A DNA stretch of 64,000 nt from NCBI GenBank assembly GCA_963734545.1, contig CAVTHO010000006.1, forward strand, positions 320,001 to 384,000. Direction: 5' to 3'. The notes beneath the pieces are model-generated. The model worked only from the letters and a program-made list of their open reading frames with translations, had not been told where the DNA came from and searched no databases. Of this stretch, positions 62,328 through 64,000 are shown piece after piece. Both the position numbers and the translations under genes were made by a program. Each line of letters begins with the position of its first letter. The first letter of the stretch is position 1. Origin of the DNA: an uncultured Spirochaetota bacterium. GTDB lineage: Bacteria; Spirochaetota; Spirochaetia; SZUA-6; Fen-1364.

Positions 62328-64000
62328 TCAGCGGGCGCCCGCTGTGCCCCGCGCACGCCGTGCCTGGATGGCCGCGAAGATGGCCTCGCAGGTGGCAGGG
62401 GAGGGGAGAGGCACCTCGCCGCCCGGGGGACCAAAGGCGCTGACCGCATCGCGAATGGCTTCCCGGACCGAGATCGCGAGCATGAGGGGCGGCTCTCCTA
62501 CCGCCTTGCTGCCGTGAATCGTTCCTGCCTGCGCTGCCTCGGGCAAAAGGGTGACATGAAACTCCAGGGGCGCATCGCTGATGGCCGGGATCTGGTACGT
62601 GCTTGCGCTGTGCGTCTGCAGCCGGCCGTCCCTGTCCCAGAGCAGCTCCTCCCTGGTGAGCCAGCCCATGCCCTGCACGAAGCCGCCCTCGATCTGGCCC
62701 CGATCCACCCCGGGATTCAGCGAGTCTCCCACGTCGTGCACGATGTCCACCCGCAGCACCCGGTGCATGCCGGTGTAGCCGTCCACTTCCACCTCGCTCA
62801 CGGCCGCGCCGCATGCGAAATAATAGAAGGGACGCCCTTCCGACTTTTCCCAGTTCCAGCCGATGCCCGGAGTGGCGTAGAAGCCGGTCGAGGAAAGGCT
62901 GATCCGCTGGAGGTAGGCCTCCTGGCAGACGTCCACGAACGGAATGCGCGCCGGCGCGTTCGCGGCGCCGGCGGCCTGCCGCGCGAACCCGTCCGCAAAG
63001 GTCACCTCGGAAGCATTGACGGCCGCGCCGATCTTCTTCGACAGCAGGCCGGCCGCGACGGGCGCCAGCCGTTCGCGGAGCGTGACGCAGGCGTTCTTCA
63101 CCGCCCATCCGTTCATGTCAGCGCCGGATGAGGCAGCGGTTGCCGAGGTGTTGGGCACCTTGTCCGTGCTGGTCGGCATCATGCGCACGCTCTCTGCCCG
63201 CACTCCGAGCTCCCGGACAGCCACGCCGAGCACCTTGGTGTGCAGCCCCTGTCCCATCTCCGTGCCGCCGTGATTCACCTGCACGGAGCCGTCCCGGTAG
63301 ATCAGGACGAGCGCGCCGGCCTGGTTGAACGTTGCGAGCGTGAATGAAATGCCGAACTTCTCCGACGTCACGGCAAGACCGCGTTTTATCCCTGTGTGCC
63401 GCGCGTTCCAGGCGTCGATCTCGCGCCGGCGCGCCTCGAATCCCGCCTGTGCCTGGACCCGGCGCCACATGTCCGGGAGCCGGTTGTCGCCGATCTCCTG
63501 GCCGAAGTGCGTGGTGTTCGTCTCTCCGCTGCCGTGGTAGAGATTGCGGGCGCGCACCGCCTCGGGGGCAAGGCCGAGCCTGCGCGCCACCCGGTCCATG
63601 ATCTCCTCCATGACGAGCATTGCCTGCGGCCCGCCGAATCCGCGGAAGGCAGTGTGCGACGTGGTGTTCGTTTTCGCCACACGTCCGGTGAAATGGACGG
63701 CGGGGATGTAGTAGGCGTTGTCCAGGTGGAAGAGACCGCGGTCCAGGATGGGCTGCGAGAGATCGAGGGACCAGCCTCCGTCGGAGACCAGCTCCACGCG
63801 CGCGGCCAGGAGCCTGCCTTCTGCGTCGTAGCCCACCGCGAACTTCGAGTGGAACGGGTGGCGCTTGCCGGTGATCATCATGTCGAGGTCCCGGTCGAGC
63901 TGGATCCGGACCGGCTGGCGTGTCTTGTGAGCGGCAAGAGCCACGAGCGAGGCAAACGTGTTGCCCTGCACCTCCTTGCCGCCGAACGCTCCGCCCATGC
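62328..64000 (-). CDS. xdhB: Xanthine dehydrogenase molybdopterin-binding subunit (5' truncated by window)
   Basis: MGGAFGGKE, AFRGFGGPQ, HGGTEMGQGLHTK, TAASSG, SKAVGEPP. Confidence 0.92.
   Translation of the reverse strand, partial: MGGAFGGKEVQGNTFASLVALAAHKTRQPVRIQLDRDLDMMITGKRHPFHSKFAVGYDAEGRLLAARVELVSDGGWSLDLSQPILDRGLFHLDNAYYIPAVHFTGRVAKTNTTSHTAFRGFGGPQAMLVMEEIMDRVARRLGLAPEAVRARNLYHGSGETNTTHFGQEIGDNRLPDMWRRVQAQAGFEARRREIDAWNARHTGIKRGLAVTSEKFGISFTLATFNQAGALVLIYRDGSVQVNHGGTEMGQGLHTKVLGVAVRELGVRAESVRMMPTSTDKVPNTSATAASSGADMNGWAVKNACVTLRERLAPVAAGLLSKKIGAAVNASEVTFADGFARQAAGAANAPARIPFVDVCQEAYLQRISLSSTGFYATPGIGWNWEKSEGRPFYYFACGAAVSEVEVDGYTGMHRVLRVDIVHDVGDSLNPGVDRGQIEGGFVQGMGWLTREELLWDRDGRLQTHSASTYQIPAISDAPLEFHVTLLPEAAQAGTIHGSKAVGEPPLMLAISVREAIRDAVSAFGPPGGEVPLPSPATCEAIFAAIQARRARGTAGAR

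Overview
GC-rich bacterial window. A Spirochaetia-like origin is inferred from gene style and not proven. About 20 otherwise normal genes are broken by single-base indels, most likely long-read errors, so they are reported as joined CDSs. Layout: (1) 0.1-15 kb defence island: a large STAND/NACHT ATPase with a C-terminal PD-(D/E)xK-like domain, and a type I R-M operon (HTH, hsdM, hsdS, XRE-ImmA/IrrE peptidase, DUF4411 PIN, and hsdR fused to a LexA/S24 autoprotease domain). The operon sits between ~200-bp hairpin-rich inverted repeats, each next to a serine-recombinase remnant. (2) 15-18 kb: CPBP protease, membrane LuxR and a surface-repeat protein sharing a palindromic operator. (3) 18-26 kb: sugar ABC transporter divergent from deoM/deoK-like deoxyribose genes. 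(4) 26-35 kb: MalT-like and AAA-LuxR regulators, small ORFs and scrambled recombinase debris. (5) 35-51 kb: a GntR-led catabolic cluster (LigK-type aldolase, Ldh_2, AOR, SDR, cupin, IolN hydrolase, TRAP, Zn-dehydrogenase, ALDH, two tandem aroQ, TIM isomerase, plus moeB/moaD/M24). Its enzyme set fits a candidate non-aromatic, hydrolytic quinate/shikimate degradation route ending in 4-carboxy-4-hydroxy-2-oxoadipate; this is the top hypothesis. (6) 51-64 kb: MFS, MCP, a dense toxin-antitoxin cluster with remnants, MFS, TRIC protein and a partial xdhB. No rRNA, tRNA or CRISPR array was seen.
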